Under the pieces are notes generated by a model, which did not search any database, was not told the origin of the DNA, and saw only the letters and a list, made by a program, of their open reading frames with translations. 64,000 nucleotides of DNA from the human T2T-CHM13v2.0 reference genome, Homo sapiens: the NCBI RefSeq assembly GCF_009914755.1, contig NC_060935.1. One strand, written 5' to 3'. The translations under genes and the position numbers were made by a program. Below, one piece after another: positions 42,458-64,000 of this stretch; the stretch's first letter is position 1, and every line of letters begins with the position of its first letter.

Positions 42458-42643
42458 AGGGTTGCCAGATATATTACAGGACACTCAGTTAAATTTGGAT
42501 AAAAGTATGTCACAACTAAAAAGGTACTTGCTTGTTTGAAATTCAAACTTAACGGGAGATCCTGCATTCTTATTAACTAAACCTGGCAATCCTAAAAACT
42601 TAACGGGAGGTCCTGCATTCTTATTAACTACACCTGGCAATCC
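42458..42643. mobile_element. MER53-like hAT MITE with a tandemly duplicated terminal ~50 bp
   Basis: AGGGTTGCCAGAT start. AACTTAACGGGAG.TCCTGCATTCTTATTAACTA.ACCTGGCAATCC occurs twice. Confidence 0.7.
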
Positions 42644-43403
42644 CACCTAGGAATCAAGGGCATGATTCCAGCAGGAAATTTATCCTCAGGGAGAGGCAGG
42701 CAGTAGTTGCGTCTGTGAGGCCTGTGGTAAGACTAACCCCTGTTACTAGGCAGCAGTAGAGAACCGAGCAGAGCAGGGGGAGGGGCTGATAGTGGGGAGA
42801 GAAGAGCGGACGGGTGTGGGACTTTGGGGCCGCTCTAGGTCCTCATGCAGAATCTCAAATCAAATTAGCAAAAGACAGGAACAGGCAGCTCACAGACAAA
42901 CAGCTTATACATGGCTAATAAACAAGAAAAGACGGGCTGGGCGCAGTGGCTCACGCCTGTAATCCCAGCATGTTGGGAGGCTCCGGCAGGCGGATCACCT
43001 GAGGTCAGGAGTTCGAGACCAGCGTGGCCAACACGGTGAAACCCCATCTCTACTAAAAATACAAAAAATTAGCTGGGCGTGGTGGTGGGCACATGTAATC
43101 CCAGCTACTCAAGAGCCTGAGGCAGGGGAATCACTTGAACCCGGGACGCGGAGGTTTCAGTGGGCCAAGATCGTGCCATTGCTCTCCAGCCTGGAGGACA
43201 AAAGTGAAACTCTGCCTCAGAAAAAAAGAAACAAAGAAAAAAAAGAAAAAGAAAAAAATGCATAGTCCTACTCATAATTGAATTAGTCAACCTAAAATGA
43301 GTTCTTTTCCATCTCTCAGATTGGCAAAAATTTAAATATGAAAAAGATTACTAATACTGTGTTGTGGAAGTGTGAGAAAATACTATGTAGAGCAGAGACT
43401 GGT

Positions 43404-43714
43404 CACAGAAATTCAGGGACTGGAGTTTTTAAGGTTAATTTGGTGGGTAGAGTCTCAGGAAGTGGGGAATGCTAATTGGTCAGGTTGGAGATGAAATCAT
43501 AGGGAGCTGAAGCTGTCCTCTTGCGCTGAGTCAGTTCCTGGGTGGGGGCCACAAGACCAGATGAGCCAGTTTATTGATCTGGGTGGTGTCAGCTGATCCA
43601 TCGAGTACAGGATCTGCAAACTATCTCAAGCACTGATCTTAGGTTTTACTGTAACCTAAGATGTTATCCCCGGGAGCAATTTGGGGAGGTTTAGAATATT
43701 GCAGTCTCCAGCTG
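43404..43714 (-). mobile_element. Internal LTR8 fragment (inverted) flanked by 94-bp direct repeats
   Basis: The reverse complement aligns with about 32578-32875. Flanking repeats at 43310-43403 and 43715-43808. Confidence 0.85.
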
Positions 43715-44205
43715 CATCTCTCAGACTGGCAAAAATTAAAATATCAAAAAAGATTACTAGTACTCTGTTGTGAAAGTGTGAGAAAATACTATGTGAGTAG
43801 AGACTGGTGCATCCTCTTTGGATTAATATCAAAAGAAGAGATGCACATAGCCTTTAATCAATGACGTAACTCCCAGGGATTTATCAGACAGATTTACTCT
43901 CCCTTAGATGTGGAGACATAAGAGGTTGTAAGTGCAACCTGGAGCTGGGTTGCTAGTCCATAAAGCACCTTGGATATCAATGTCGACTCCGCCAGCTGTG
44001 ATGTCACTTGACCAATGGGAGGAGAGAGGGGAAGCGCTGGCTTAGGGAGCTGAATGTTGTCCACTCCCTCTCCCTGCCCTCTACAGCTTTTTCCCCCCAG
44101 CTGTGGCTGCTCTGGGAAGCAGAAGTAAATATTGATTTTTAGAACCATCTAGACCTGATGTCAAATCTGGTTCTGTCACTTACTTGCTGTGTGACCTTGT
44201 CCTAG

Positions 44206-44548
<343 letters not shown>

Positions 44549-44633
44549 TGATGATACATGTATTCAAAAATATTTATTGAGAATTTACTACTAGGCACTG
44601 CAATTTTGTGGTGAACAAGACAAAGTCTCTTTA

Positions 44634-44903
<270 letters not shown>

Positions 44904-45631
44904 CTACTTGGGAGGCTGAGGCAGGAGGTATCACCTCAGCCCGAGAGGTGGAAGCTGCAGTGAGCCGTGATGGTGTCACTGCATTCCTGCCTGGGCAACA
45001 GAGTGAGACCCTGTCTCAAAACAAAAAACAAACAAAAACAATAAAATAAGATAAAATGATACAGTGACCAGGGATGTTGCTTATATGTAATAGGAGATGA
45101 CAATTCTGTTTCACAGGGTTGACATCAAAATTACATAAGATACTACATATGAAGCACTTAGCATTGTGCCCGAGACAGGGTATTAATTATGGTAACAATT
45201 ACTGAATGTTTGTAATGTGCTAGACACTGTTCCAAGTACTATGGGTAGACTAACTCATGTAATGACCTTGTTTTCCAGATAAGGAAACTGAAGCACAGGT
45301 AGGCTGAATTACTTGCCTAAAGTCAGGGAATTAGCAGAGGATAGAACTGTGACATTCTGGCCTCAGAGCCTACAGTTTTAACTGTTTTATTAAATATTAG
45401 TGTCTGTCTGTCTTTCATATCTTGATTAAAGGGGGCTGGAGGGCCCCGAGGAGGGCATGCTCAAATCTGTAGGAGGTGTGGGGGTTGGAGGCCAGGTGGA
45501 ACCTAAGGCAGCTTGTGGAGCAAATGCAAGGGCACTGGAAGGTGAGTCACCATGTAACCTGGTGATGCTACTATATGACAAGAAAGTGAGAATTGAGGAT
45601 AATGGAGTTATGAGATAATGGAATAAAGAAG

Positions 45632-48365
<2,734 letters not shown>

Positions 48366-48557
48366 AGAGGGGATTGACAGGACCTGTGGAATTTATTGCC
48401 AGAATCATCTGGATCCACAAATCTCTCCCTGGTCAGGAAGATAGCAGATGAAACACGATAGGAAAAATATCAAGTCCTGAATTTAGATCCAGAAAACTGT
48501 GAAGTACAGGATGGAAGAAAATATTTTGGAATTTAATTAACTGCAACCTCAGCCTAA

Positions 48558-48758
<201 letters not shown>

Positions 48759-48761
48759 TGA

Positions 48762-48938
<177 letters not shown>

Positions 48939-49218
48939 TAGGTAGCTTGGTTGCCATGTCCAAACAAATCTTGCCATCTGCAACCTTCTTCCCCAGATAT
49001 TTCCCAACAGCCTCAGTTGTCCTATTGCTTGTGTACTTTATGAAACACTGATATATTAATTTTAACTATTACCTAACTTACTGCAATACATTAGGCCTTT
49101 GTATAGATAGAAAGTGTCAAGGGTCAAGAAAAATGCATGAAATAAAAATTAAAGGCTGACCCACTGTGCTCGGCCAGTGATTTATATTATATTCTTTATG
49201 CTTTATTATGCTTTCTAA

Positions 49219-49572
<354 letters not shown>

Positions 49573-50040
49573 TAACCATAAAAGTTCTTTATAATAGCCT
49601 GTAAGGCAAAAAATATTTCCCCTAAGTTTTGAAAAGGGCCATACTGCGATGATAGAATCATGATACTGGAAGGAACTGCTTAAAAATCTTTTGAATGGGT
49701 CTTCATGCCTCCCCTCCACACTCCACTGTCACTACTCCAGTTCAGATCTTCTGCATTCTTTTTGTGGACTATTGCAACAGCTTCCTAATTGCTCTCCTTA
49801 CCTCCAGTACTGACTATGCCCTCCCATTCTCCACATTGGTTGCTGCTGGAATGATCTTTCTACAATGAAAATCTGATAATTCACCTCCTATCTGAAAATC
49901 TTCATGGCTCCCATGAACTTCATCGCAAAGTTGAAACTCTAGCAGAGCAGGCCCACCACAATCTGGTCCTCAAACACACACCTCTTCCTGCTTCCTTGCC
50001 CACCATTCTCCCTGGTACCCTAAGCTCCAGACACACCTAG

Positions 50041-50428
<388 letters not shown>

Positions 50429-50579
50429 TAAGCTATCAGATATCCCTTCCCTAGGAAGCCTTCTCAGATATCTCTCTCTGAAGGCAGCATTAGCCTTTCT
50501 TGGTACTCAATCTATTTACGGATTTATTGATTCTTATGTCTGTCTCCCACATAAAGATGCACCTCCTTAAAGACTGTTA

Positions 50580-51019
<440 letters not shown>

Positions 51020-51141
51020 TCAATGAGTTATTAGCACAGAGGTTCAGACTTTGGTGTGCATATGAATCACTTCAAGAGCTTGTTAAAATACGGATGTCAG
51101 GGCCTCACCCTAAAGCCCTGGCATCAGAACTTGTTAGGTGA

Positions 51142-51578
<437 letters not shown>

Positions 51579-52506
51579 TAGGCATGAGCCACCACACCCG
51601 GCCAGGAAAGCACTATTTACTCAATACTTATTAAGTGTCAGGTGCTGTATATTTAGGTGCCTTATATACTTTTCTCATTTAATTCCCACAAAAACTCTCT
51701 GAGGGAACTACTTGTCTCCCGATTTCAAAGAAAATTGAGGCTCAGAAAGATTCTGTCACTCGCTCAGGAGAAATTGCTGTGGTAAGAGTCTAACCAGAAG
51801 TGGTTGGCCTCCAGAGCTGTTTCCGTGGCCCCAGGCTGCCTCCCATACCTGTCACAGCCAATGCCTCTCTGCTATGTGCCTTGTGTTTGCTGTCCCCAAA
51901 TACCCACCAACAAACTAGTGCTGGTTCCTGATAGTGCTTTCACCAGGCCTAAGAGAAATGGGAAAAATAAAAGTAATGCAACTCTTTTTACTAAATGATT
52001 GACCTCAATTCTGAGATTATTTTCTTCATTTTTATGGTTAAAATGTCTTTTATTTCATAAAGTGATGATGATGGTAGTGGATTGTTTCCTTTTTTAATGT
52101 CTGTACTTGGTAAAATAAAAAAAAGTAGGGAACACTAGTTTGGCATCAAAGTTTTGTTGTTGTTGTTGTTTGTTTGTTTGTTTTTTTGAGGCAGAGTCCG
52201 GCTCTGTCGCCCAGGCTGGAGTGCAGTGGCGTGATCTTAGCTCACTGTAACCTCCTCCTCCCAGGTTCAAGCAATTCAGCTGTCTCAGCCTCCTGAGTTG
52301 CTGAGACTACAGGCGCACGCCACCACGCCTGGCTAATTTTTTTTTTTTGTATTTGTATTTGTATTTTTTTTTTTTTTTAGTAGAGAAAGGGTTTCACCAT
52401 GTTGGTCAGGCTGGTTTCGAACTCCTGATCTCAGGTGATCTGCCTGCCTCAGCCTCCCAAAGTGCTGGGATTACAGACATGAGCCACCACACCTGGCTAG
52501 CATTAA

Positions 52507-52710
<204 letters not shown>

Positions 52711-52933
52711 TAGCCAGGCTGGTCTCGATCTCCTGACCTCATGATCCACCCGCCTTGGCCTCCCAAAGTGCTGGGATTGCAGGTGTGAGCCACCGCACCG
52801 GCCAGAGTTTTTAAAAATGATTCAAGTCTGGGCTTGGTGGCTCATGCCTGTAATCCCGGCACTTTGGGAGGCCGAGGTGGGAGGATCACTTGAGCTCAGG
52901 AGTTCAAGACTAGCCTGGTTAAGACAGTGAGAT

Positions 52934-53929
<996 letters not shown>

Positions 53930-54158
53930 AGACCCCATCTCAATTAAAAAAAAAAAAAAGAAAGCAGAAAAAAAACCAAGCTGGTTCAAGCTGGGCTTGG
54001 TGGCTCATGACTGTAATCCCAGAGCCTTGAGAGGCTAAGGTGGGAGGATTGCTTGAGGCCAGGCGTTTGACACCAGCTAGGACAACATGGCAAGACTCTG
54101 TCTGTAAAAAAAGAAAAAAAAATTGACTGGTTATGGAAATCCCAAAAGGTGGTTATGA

Positions 54159-54284
<126 letters not shown>

Positions 54285-54287
54285 TAG

Positions 54288-54521
<234 letters not shown>

Positions 54522-54580
54522 TAGAGGTCACTTAAAACATTTCCCAGTACAACGGAAGTTTAGGTGCTTGTTGCAGGGGC

Positions 54581-54609
54581 TGTGTGTGTGTGTGTGTGTG
54601 TGTGTGTGT
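54581..54609. repeat. (TG)14 microsatellite
   Basis: Perfect TG dinucleotide run. Confidence 0.95.
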
Positions 54610-56088
54610 CTAGTAATAAGCAGAAAGGTCGATTTTTCACTTCTAGACGGATGGGGAACCTCTCTGCATCCTCACCTTGAGGTTGGGAGCCATCAGGGCT
54701 TGGGATAGGGAAAGGAATATGGTCACAATTCCAGCTTTTTTGTTTACTGTTTAAACCCTATTGTAATACATGAGTGTTATACACTCCCAAAGCCCCGTCT
54801 TCTCTGAATGGGAGGCAGGAAGCCAAGGAAAGGGTTGGGAGAGGGCCGAGGTAACACAAATCAAATAACTCTCCTGACCACTGCACAGGGTGCCTCAACC
54901 TCATTGCCTTTTGCTCCGCTTCTGGTCTGTTGGGAGGAATCTCCCTGAAGGCCTGGCAAGCTCTCGCTGTCCCTGCCCATTTTTCTGGTCTTGCGAGATT
55001 GTAGGAGAGCGAGGCAGGGTGGAGGAGGGAAGCTGAGGCCGTGGTCATTGTGTCAGCCTCTCCTGCCAGCTGGTGGGCTCCATGAAGACAGGGAAGGTCT
55101 TTGTTCATGTCTATGTCCCAGATACACCCTGGCCTGTTGTAAGTGGGTGATAAATACCAGTTACATTAATTATATAGATATATATTTTTGAGACGGAGTT
55201 TTGCTCTTGTTGCCCAGGCTGGAGTGCAATGGCGCAATCTCAGCTCACTGAAACCTCCGCCTCCTGGGTTCAAGCGATTCTCCTGCCTCAACTTCCTGAG
55301 TAGCTGGGATTACAGGTATGCACCACCATGTCCAGCTAATTTGTATTTTTAGTAGAGATGGGGTTTCGCCATGTTGATCAGGCTGGTCTCCAACTCCTGA
55401 CCTCGGGTGATCTGCCCGCCTCGGCCTCCCAAAGTGCTGGGATTACAGGCATGAGCCACTGTGCCTGGCCTAGTAACATGAATTAATTATTATATCTGAG
55501 GGAGGCTAACTAGACGAAAGGTCTGGGGAGATGCGTGTCTGGGAAGATGGGGTCTCTGAGAGAAAGCGATAGGGAGGTCTGCTTTGCCCTGTTATCCCAA
55601 GACTGGTCCTCAGGCATTGATGCTGAGGACAGAATTATTAATTCAGGGTCCTGGGGCTTGGTGGGTGGGATCTTCTAGGTTTTTTTTTCTTTCCCTTAAA
55701 GACCATTCTCCTGCGCAATCCCCAGACACTTCTTTCTTATTTCTACTTCGTCCTACTAACTTCCCAACATGGAGGAAAAAGCAGCTCAACGGTGCACCCT
55801 CGAGAGCTTCAGGTCTGGATGGGGTGGGGGTAAAAGGGACTGGAGTCAGTGAGAGGGCTATACTCAGAGACCACAACACAAGGACTTCATAAAAACACTT
55901 GGACCTCACAGAGTTTGCAACTCTGAAACTTGGGTGTTGGTGGTCATCTAATCCCACACACCTCACTGAGAGGGATTTATCCTGGGGCATCCCTGGTATT
56001 GAACCCTGTTAGAAGACTCTTGGTTTGGCAGCTTTATAGTTAGAGAAATCCACTTGTGTCTCAAGGCCTGATGATGCCCCCATCAATA

Positions 56089-57054
<966 letters not shown>

Positions 57055-57060
57055 TCTTCC

Positions 57061-57080
57061 TGGCAAACCATGAAGGGACT
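57061..57080 (+). promoter_or_regulatory. Primer binding site, tRNA-Arg-like
   Basis: TGGCAAACCATGAAGGGACT just after the LTR resembles the complement of the tRNA-Arg(TCG) 3' end (TGGCGACCACGAAGGGACT). Confidence 0.65.
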
Positions 57081-57804
57081 ATACTGAAGAGACCCTTGAC
57101 ACAAAGGAAAATTGTCTGCGCAGCACCGATTGTCCGACTTTGGGTGAGTGGTGCGGTTCATTTTACCTGGGTAAAAAATGGGATTGGGTTTGAGGCCCAA
57201 CTTAGGAAGGTTAGAGTTTTTCCTAATATTTAAGGGGTTAGAGGCCCCCCTTGGTAAAGTCCCTCTTGGTTAAAAATGAATTTGGCACTGTGGGATGTTA
57301 ACCGCTATTCTCATTGAACTAATCTTCCTTGTACTCTTTGCTGACTATGGTGGGTGTCAGAATTTGGCACATACAGGATCACCGGACATGAGGAGCTTTT
57401 CTCTCCCCAAAGGGGCACAGTTGACAACTGAAGGGACTGCTGGTAAAGATCCCTTCACGATGTGTTGCTGCAATGGGTGAGTCTTTCTCTGCTCTCCCCA
57501 ATGTTCTTGCCTTCCCCACCCCATCGCAGGCAATGCTTTTCTGTCTCTCTCTCTCCTTTCCATTTCTTCCCACCTTTTCTGTCACCCAGGGCAACTGTCC
57601 ACTCTTCCATCTTGCCCAGAGACCACGTGTTGAAACTCCTGGTTGGAGGTCATTCCACCCTACTTTGAGTGGATCAAACATGACAGGGCCCAACCTGGGG
57701 CAAGTTTGAGCCTTGCCAGTTTGATATTGGGTACTAAGCAGAGTGGCTAATGTCTAGGTTTTATCACATGTATTTTTCTTTTTCTTTTCTTTTTTTTTTT
57801 TTGA

Positions 57805-57954
<150 letters not shown>

Positions 57955-60715
57955 TGAGCCACTGTGCCGGGCCTGTCACACGTATTTTTCTCTGGCTGGA
58001 ACAGAAAATGTAAATTGGTTACCCCATGCAACCCCTTGAGCAGCATCTTACAAAATTGAGAGGCTTTTTGCCAGTCATTCCATAAAATGGTAAAAGATGA
58101 TTCTCCTTTGTAAGGTGGCTTGGCTCCCATAGCTATGGTGCAGCAAGCCGGGCCATCAAAGTCTAAGAGAAAAAGGGAACCCAGAAACCCGGCATCCTGG
58201 CAAAAGGGTAAGAATTTCTTACCAGTCAGACTTCTGGCCTCTCTATGCAAATCTGTTGAATAAATGATAAAAATCACTGTTTGTCTCTCTTGCAAGGGAA
58301 TTGATTAATAAGAAAATGGATTTCTGGGGCTAGTCTTAAGCTGTAGTGAATCTGGTGTACTTTGTGCTATGAATTTGTCTTTGCCATCCTGTCATGAAAA
58401 GGTGTGCCATAGAATAAGATGTGGGCTTAAGACCTATAAACCTGCTACTCTAGCTGGCCCAGCAAACTAGTCAGATAGAGAAGCTTTGCTGCAAGTCCTT
58501 GAAACAAATAAACAAAAAAATGGGATAAGGTTTCCTTGTTATCTTGTTTTATGTCCTTCGGTGCTTGACCTTGTAACCAGGTGGTAATACTTTATCTTGT
58601 TCTCTGCCATCAAGAAGATAGGAATTTTGGAGTTCATGTCATAGTTTGCTCTAAAAATTATCTTGAGCACTTAAAAGCCTTTGCAAGCTCAAGACTGACT
58701 GCTCTAGGCTCCTTCTGGGAAGAGCAGTGGAAACAGCACAATGCTGTATTTAGTAGCTAAGGCTTTGTCTTTTCACAATGGCAGCCTGGGTTCAATTCCT
58801 GCCTGAGAGAATGAATCCTTTCTGGTCTGATATCTGTGTGACCTTTGCCACTTATTGATTCTCACAAACAACTTCTGACTTCCCTTCTTGAATCTTCCTT
58901 CCTCTGAGTTACCTTTGGAGATTCTAGATTTTGTAAAAACTACTAACCACCTCTTTGAAAATAGCTTGTACACTCGTGGTTAAGTCGTAACCTTAGTTAA
59001 GGCTTATGGGAGGTTACCTTTGGTAAAATTCAAAAGCCAGAAATATTGGCTGTTTGTCCTGGCTAGAGTCTGCTAATAAGAGATTTGGTTAAGTCAGTTT
59101 AATTAAAAGCAGATATCCAAGCTATACATATATTTAAAAGGCCTTTGTGTTTTTCTTCTCTTCTTGGATCTTATTTTCCCGAAGAAAAGAAAATTTTTTT
59201 CTTCTCAGTCGACTGAACTGTTTTTCTCCATTTTGTCTTCTTGCCATTCTTGATGCACACATGAGAGGAACTAAGATAGTTTCTAACAGCCTGGGACTCC
59301 TTTGGAAAAACAGAGGCACGACATTCCCATGCCTTCTTATAAGCATGTTTTGGGAAAAACCTCTGTTTTCCTCATGAAACCCCAGGAACTGAGAGTGGAA
59401 AAATCCCTCTCAAAATCCAAGGCTTTGTTCTGTGTTGCATTGTGTTATCTGATGATTTTGATGTTTGGGGGTATCAGAAATTACTTCGCATTATAAGAGA
59501 GCTTTGGTGTGTAATAACTAGGCGGGAAATATACTTTTAGGGATGGCTAATGGCAGTTATGGGGGAATACTTAGCTATTTGCATGTTTGGATTAGAGAAG
59601 TGTGCTCGTGGCTACCAGGACGGTATGGAAACGTCCCCACTCCTGGACTGAGAAATAAGACTCTCACGGGGGATGGGCTGATTACAGAATGGGCTGATTG
59701 GCTTTGGGTTGCCTTGAAATAAAAGGCACTGTAAAATCATTGCATTGTCTTATTTTGTAGTGTTTCTTTCTTTTGGAGATCCAGGATCCACTATAGATCC
59801 TTGATTTTTGAGATCTGTTTTACCTTCCAGCTGTGTTTGCTTATTACGCCCTAGAAACTGCATGTTTTCCTGGCCCTGTTCCTCCACGGGCCTCACCCTG
59901 AAGCCAGCAATCTAATTAAGAAACAAAAACTGACAAATGAAAAACTCTTACAACTACTGAATCTTCTGTCCGTCTATGTATTACATACGTTGTGTGTGTG
60001 ATGTTTATATAAAAGAGCGCTGATTTGGCTTAAAAATAGCATTTAAATCAAATATTTTGTCAGAAAAGTAAAAACTGTAATGTCTTAGTTTATGTGACTT
60101 TAGTCATCTTTGGGAAATAAAGACAATTGTAAAGATTATTGCTTAAAAATGTCTTCATAATTCAGACATTTGGTCTAAATTAGGCAGACCAGATATTAGG
60201 CTTGCTAAATTCTTTAAGGTTATAAGCTGCTTCTTTGCCATTTGAAAATTGTTCAACTTACCTACTTTGGAGCCGTTAGATTCTAGATAAGGCCTGGGGA
60301 TATGTGGAGTTAGCCTCGTCCCCTAGCATACACCAGAAAGAGTCAGACCTTATCTGCATCTCTGTCTAGTGTTCTAGGCTCCCCACTTGGTACATAATTA
60401 AAATCACCAGGGTTTTCACCAAATGTAAAAGTTTCTAAGAGTTCACAGTGTAACATGTACTTGAAACTACTGGAAAAACAGTTTTACATGCAAGGTGTGT
60501 ACGGAAAGTAGAATGTGCTTTTGGTAAAAGATTATAAGAAGGCATGGTAATGTGGATTTTTTTTTTTTGCCTAGTTTAGAGAGTTAAAGGATTGTTTTAA
60601 GTTAGATAGGATAAAGCTGACTGTTTAAGCAAATTGTGGAAGGTTTGTGAAAGATTAACCTTGTAAAAAATTCTGTATGTGAACATATTGGCTAAAGTTA
60701 AAGGGATATTATTCA

Positions 60716-61024
<309 letters not shown>

Positions 61025-61184
61025 TTAAACTCCGTCTCAAAAGAAAAAAAAAAGCACAACAGGGTTTTCTTAGAGCATTGATCTGCTCTTTAATAGAAAA
61101 TTAAGAGTTATCAAAAAGATTTATGAGAATCTTACCTTATGGTCAAACTGATTAAGATTGGATATTATTTGTCTATAAGGTTTA

Positions 61185-61313
<129 letters not shown>

Positions 61314-61338
61314 CTACTAAAATACAAAAATTAGCTCA

Positions 61339-61566
<228 letters not shown>

Positions 61567-61617
61567 TCAGGAGTTTGAGACCATCCTGGCCAACATGATG
61601 AAACCCCTTCTCTACTA

Positions 61618-61845
<228 letters not shown>

Positions 61846-62480
61846 CTAATGCAAAGGTGAGATTTGGCTATCTCTTGAACAAGATTTTCATGTAACAGTA
61901 AAAGATAATGAAATATTTTAATTTGCTTTTTGAATAAACTACAGGAAAAATACGGGAAAGAAAAGAGACAGATTGTCTGGAAAGCTAAGTCTTCCCTCTA
62001 TCAATGAGTAAAGCTTTTTGCCTTTTTGAGTTATCGTTTTGGCTAAATAAATGACTTAATGGAGACCTAGGATTTGATTTTATAGCATCAAGTGTTTCAA
62101 ACCTTTGATATTTGACTTTCAAACCTTTGATATTTGGCAAAGTTTCCAAAATCAAATGATTAATTATATCTTTTTCTGACCTAATTAATCCATTAGATAT
62201 TAGGTCCCCTAAAGTCCAAAAATGACATATTTGGCTTATTTGGTATATTAAAATCATACAGGAAGCACTGTCAAATATGAAATGGTGTTTTGCTTTTTTT
62301 AGACTGTATTTGTATAAATGTTATTGGTGTGCATTCCAAAATTATGATAAACTCTTATAATTCTGATATGACTTAGTGTATGTTATCAGCAACAATTATG
62401 ATTGTTATGTTAAATTAAGGTGTGCCACAAAGATAAGCAAATTTGCTTGTCAGTTGTGTCTTTGACTATGGCTCCCCTAA

Positions 62481-62764
<284 letters not shown>

Positions 62765-63657
62765 TGAACCCCTGACCTCAAGTGATCCACCTGCCTTGGC
62801 CTCCCAAAGTGCTGGCATTACAGGTGTAAGCCACCACACCCGGCCTAAAAGGCATTATATAATCAGCTGTAGGACTATGACAGATGCTCTTGAATGCAGG
62901 TCTCTGATAACTGTGGAAAATGGACCATTAAAATAGAGAGGAAGAAACTTCCAAGACTCTCTTGAAAAACTAATGTGTACATAAATATTGAGCAAAGCAG
63001 GGGTTAGTTGCATAGACTGAACTAATACAAGAACAAAAGAATCTTTTTATGACTTTTTGCTTAAAACATTTCTGATCCTTTCTGTTTTTTCAGAGTCAAG
63101 AAAACTTTTCTTTTGAGCTATTTGTAGCTTTTAACAAAAATATACTCTTATGAGGAAAATTTGGAGCATACATCTTTCTCTCTACTTGATTGCTCCAGAA
63201 TTTGAAAACTTTGTGATAATTCTTAACTTATGGCAATATAGTTACTTGCATAAGTGCAATAGGAATCTGCTTTCTTTTATAACAGGACACAATTGGAGAC
63301 ACTGGTTATTTTACCAAGGCTTTGACTGGAATGGCATGCTTTCTGATACAAGCAGACTCCTTTCAGGAATCAAAATTGACTTACAGAGCCAATAAAAGCC
63401 CCTTGGGAAAACTGGCCTCATACCTTGTATACACAGTCCCTGTACAGGGTTCCTGACTTGTGGCAAGTAAAGAATGTCACTTTCTGACTGGCCAAGTAGC
63501 TCTAAGTTATCTTGGGACCTCAAGAGGTATGAAATTTATCCAACTCATGGAGCTATTTCATGGTACAAACCCATGGCTGGGCTCAAGGCTTTAAAAACTG
63601 AGATTCCTTATGGAACAAAGTTCCATCAAAGCCAATTTAAAAAAAAGAGCCTATGTG

Positions 63658-63973
<316 letters not shown>

Positions 63974-64000
63974 TATGTGGCAAATAATTATTCTGGCTGT

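Overview
Primate, almost certainly human, genomic DNA (it carries an AluYa5). The only host coding sequence is the first coding exon of SPTY2D1 on the minus strand (MDFREILMIASKGQGVNNVP, 8360-8301, followed by a GTAAGT donor), with its CpG-island promoter at about 8.0-9.1 kb. Everything to the left is intron 1. The roughly 55 kb upstream is extremely repeat-dense: dozens of Alus, a complete internally deleted HERV-H provirus (17343-23561, AAGAG TSD), solo LTRs (MER34-like, MER41, LTR8, LTR2, MER50), MaLR, Tigger2 and MER53 elements, and a MER41 LTR plus internal region that runs off the right end. The most unusual structure lies inside an LTR8. A full-length L1PA is followed immediately by an SRSF3 processed pseudogene, and three copies of one target sequence suggest two successive insertions at the same endonuclease site. 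A frameshift in the retrocopy creates a new 147-aa ORF with an RS domain but no intact RRM. Also notable are a MER41 with two perfect GAS motifs and three apparent locally templated insertions. Repeat family names come from recalled consensus sequences and need RepeatMasker/Dfam confirmation. No new multi-gene system can be supported from sequence alone, and most of the ORF track is Alu, L1 or ERV noise.
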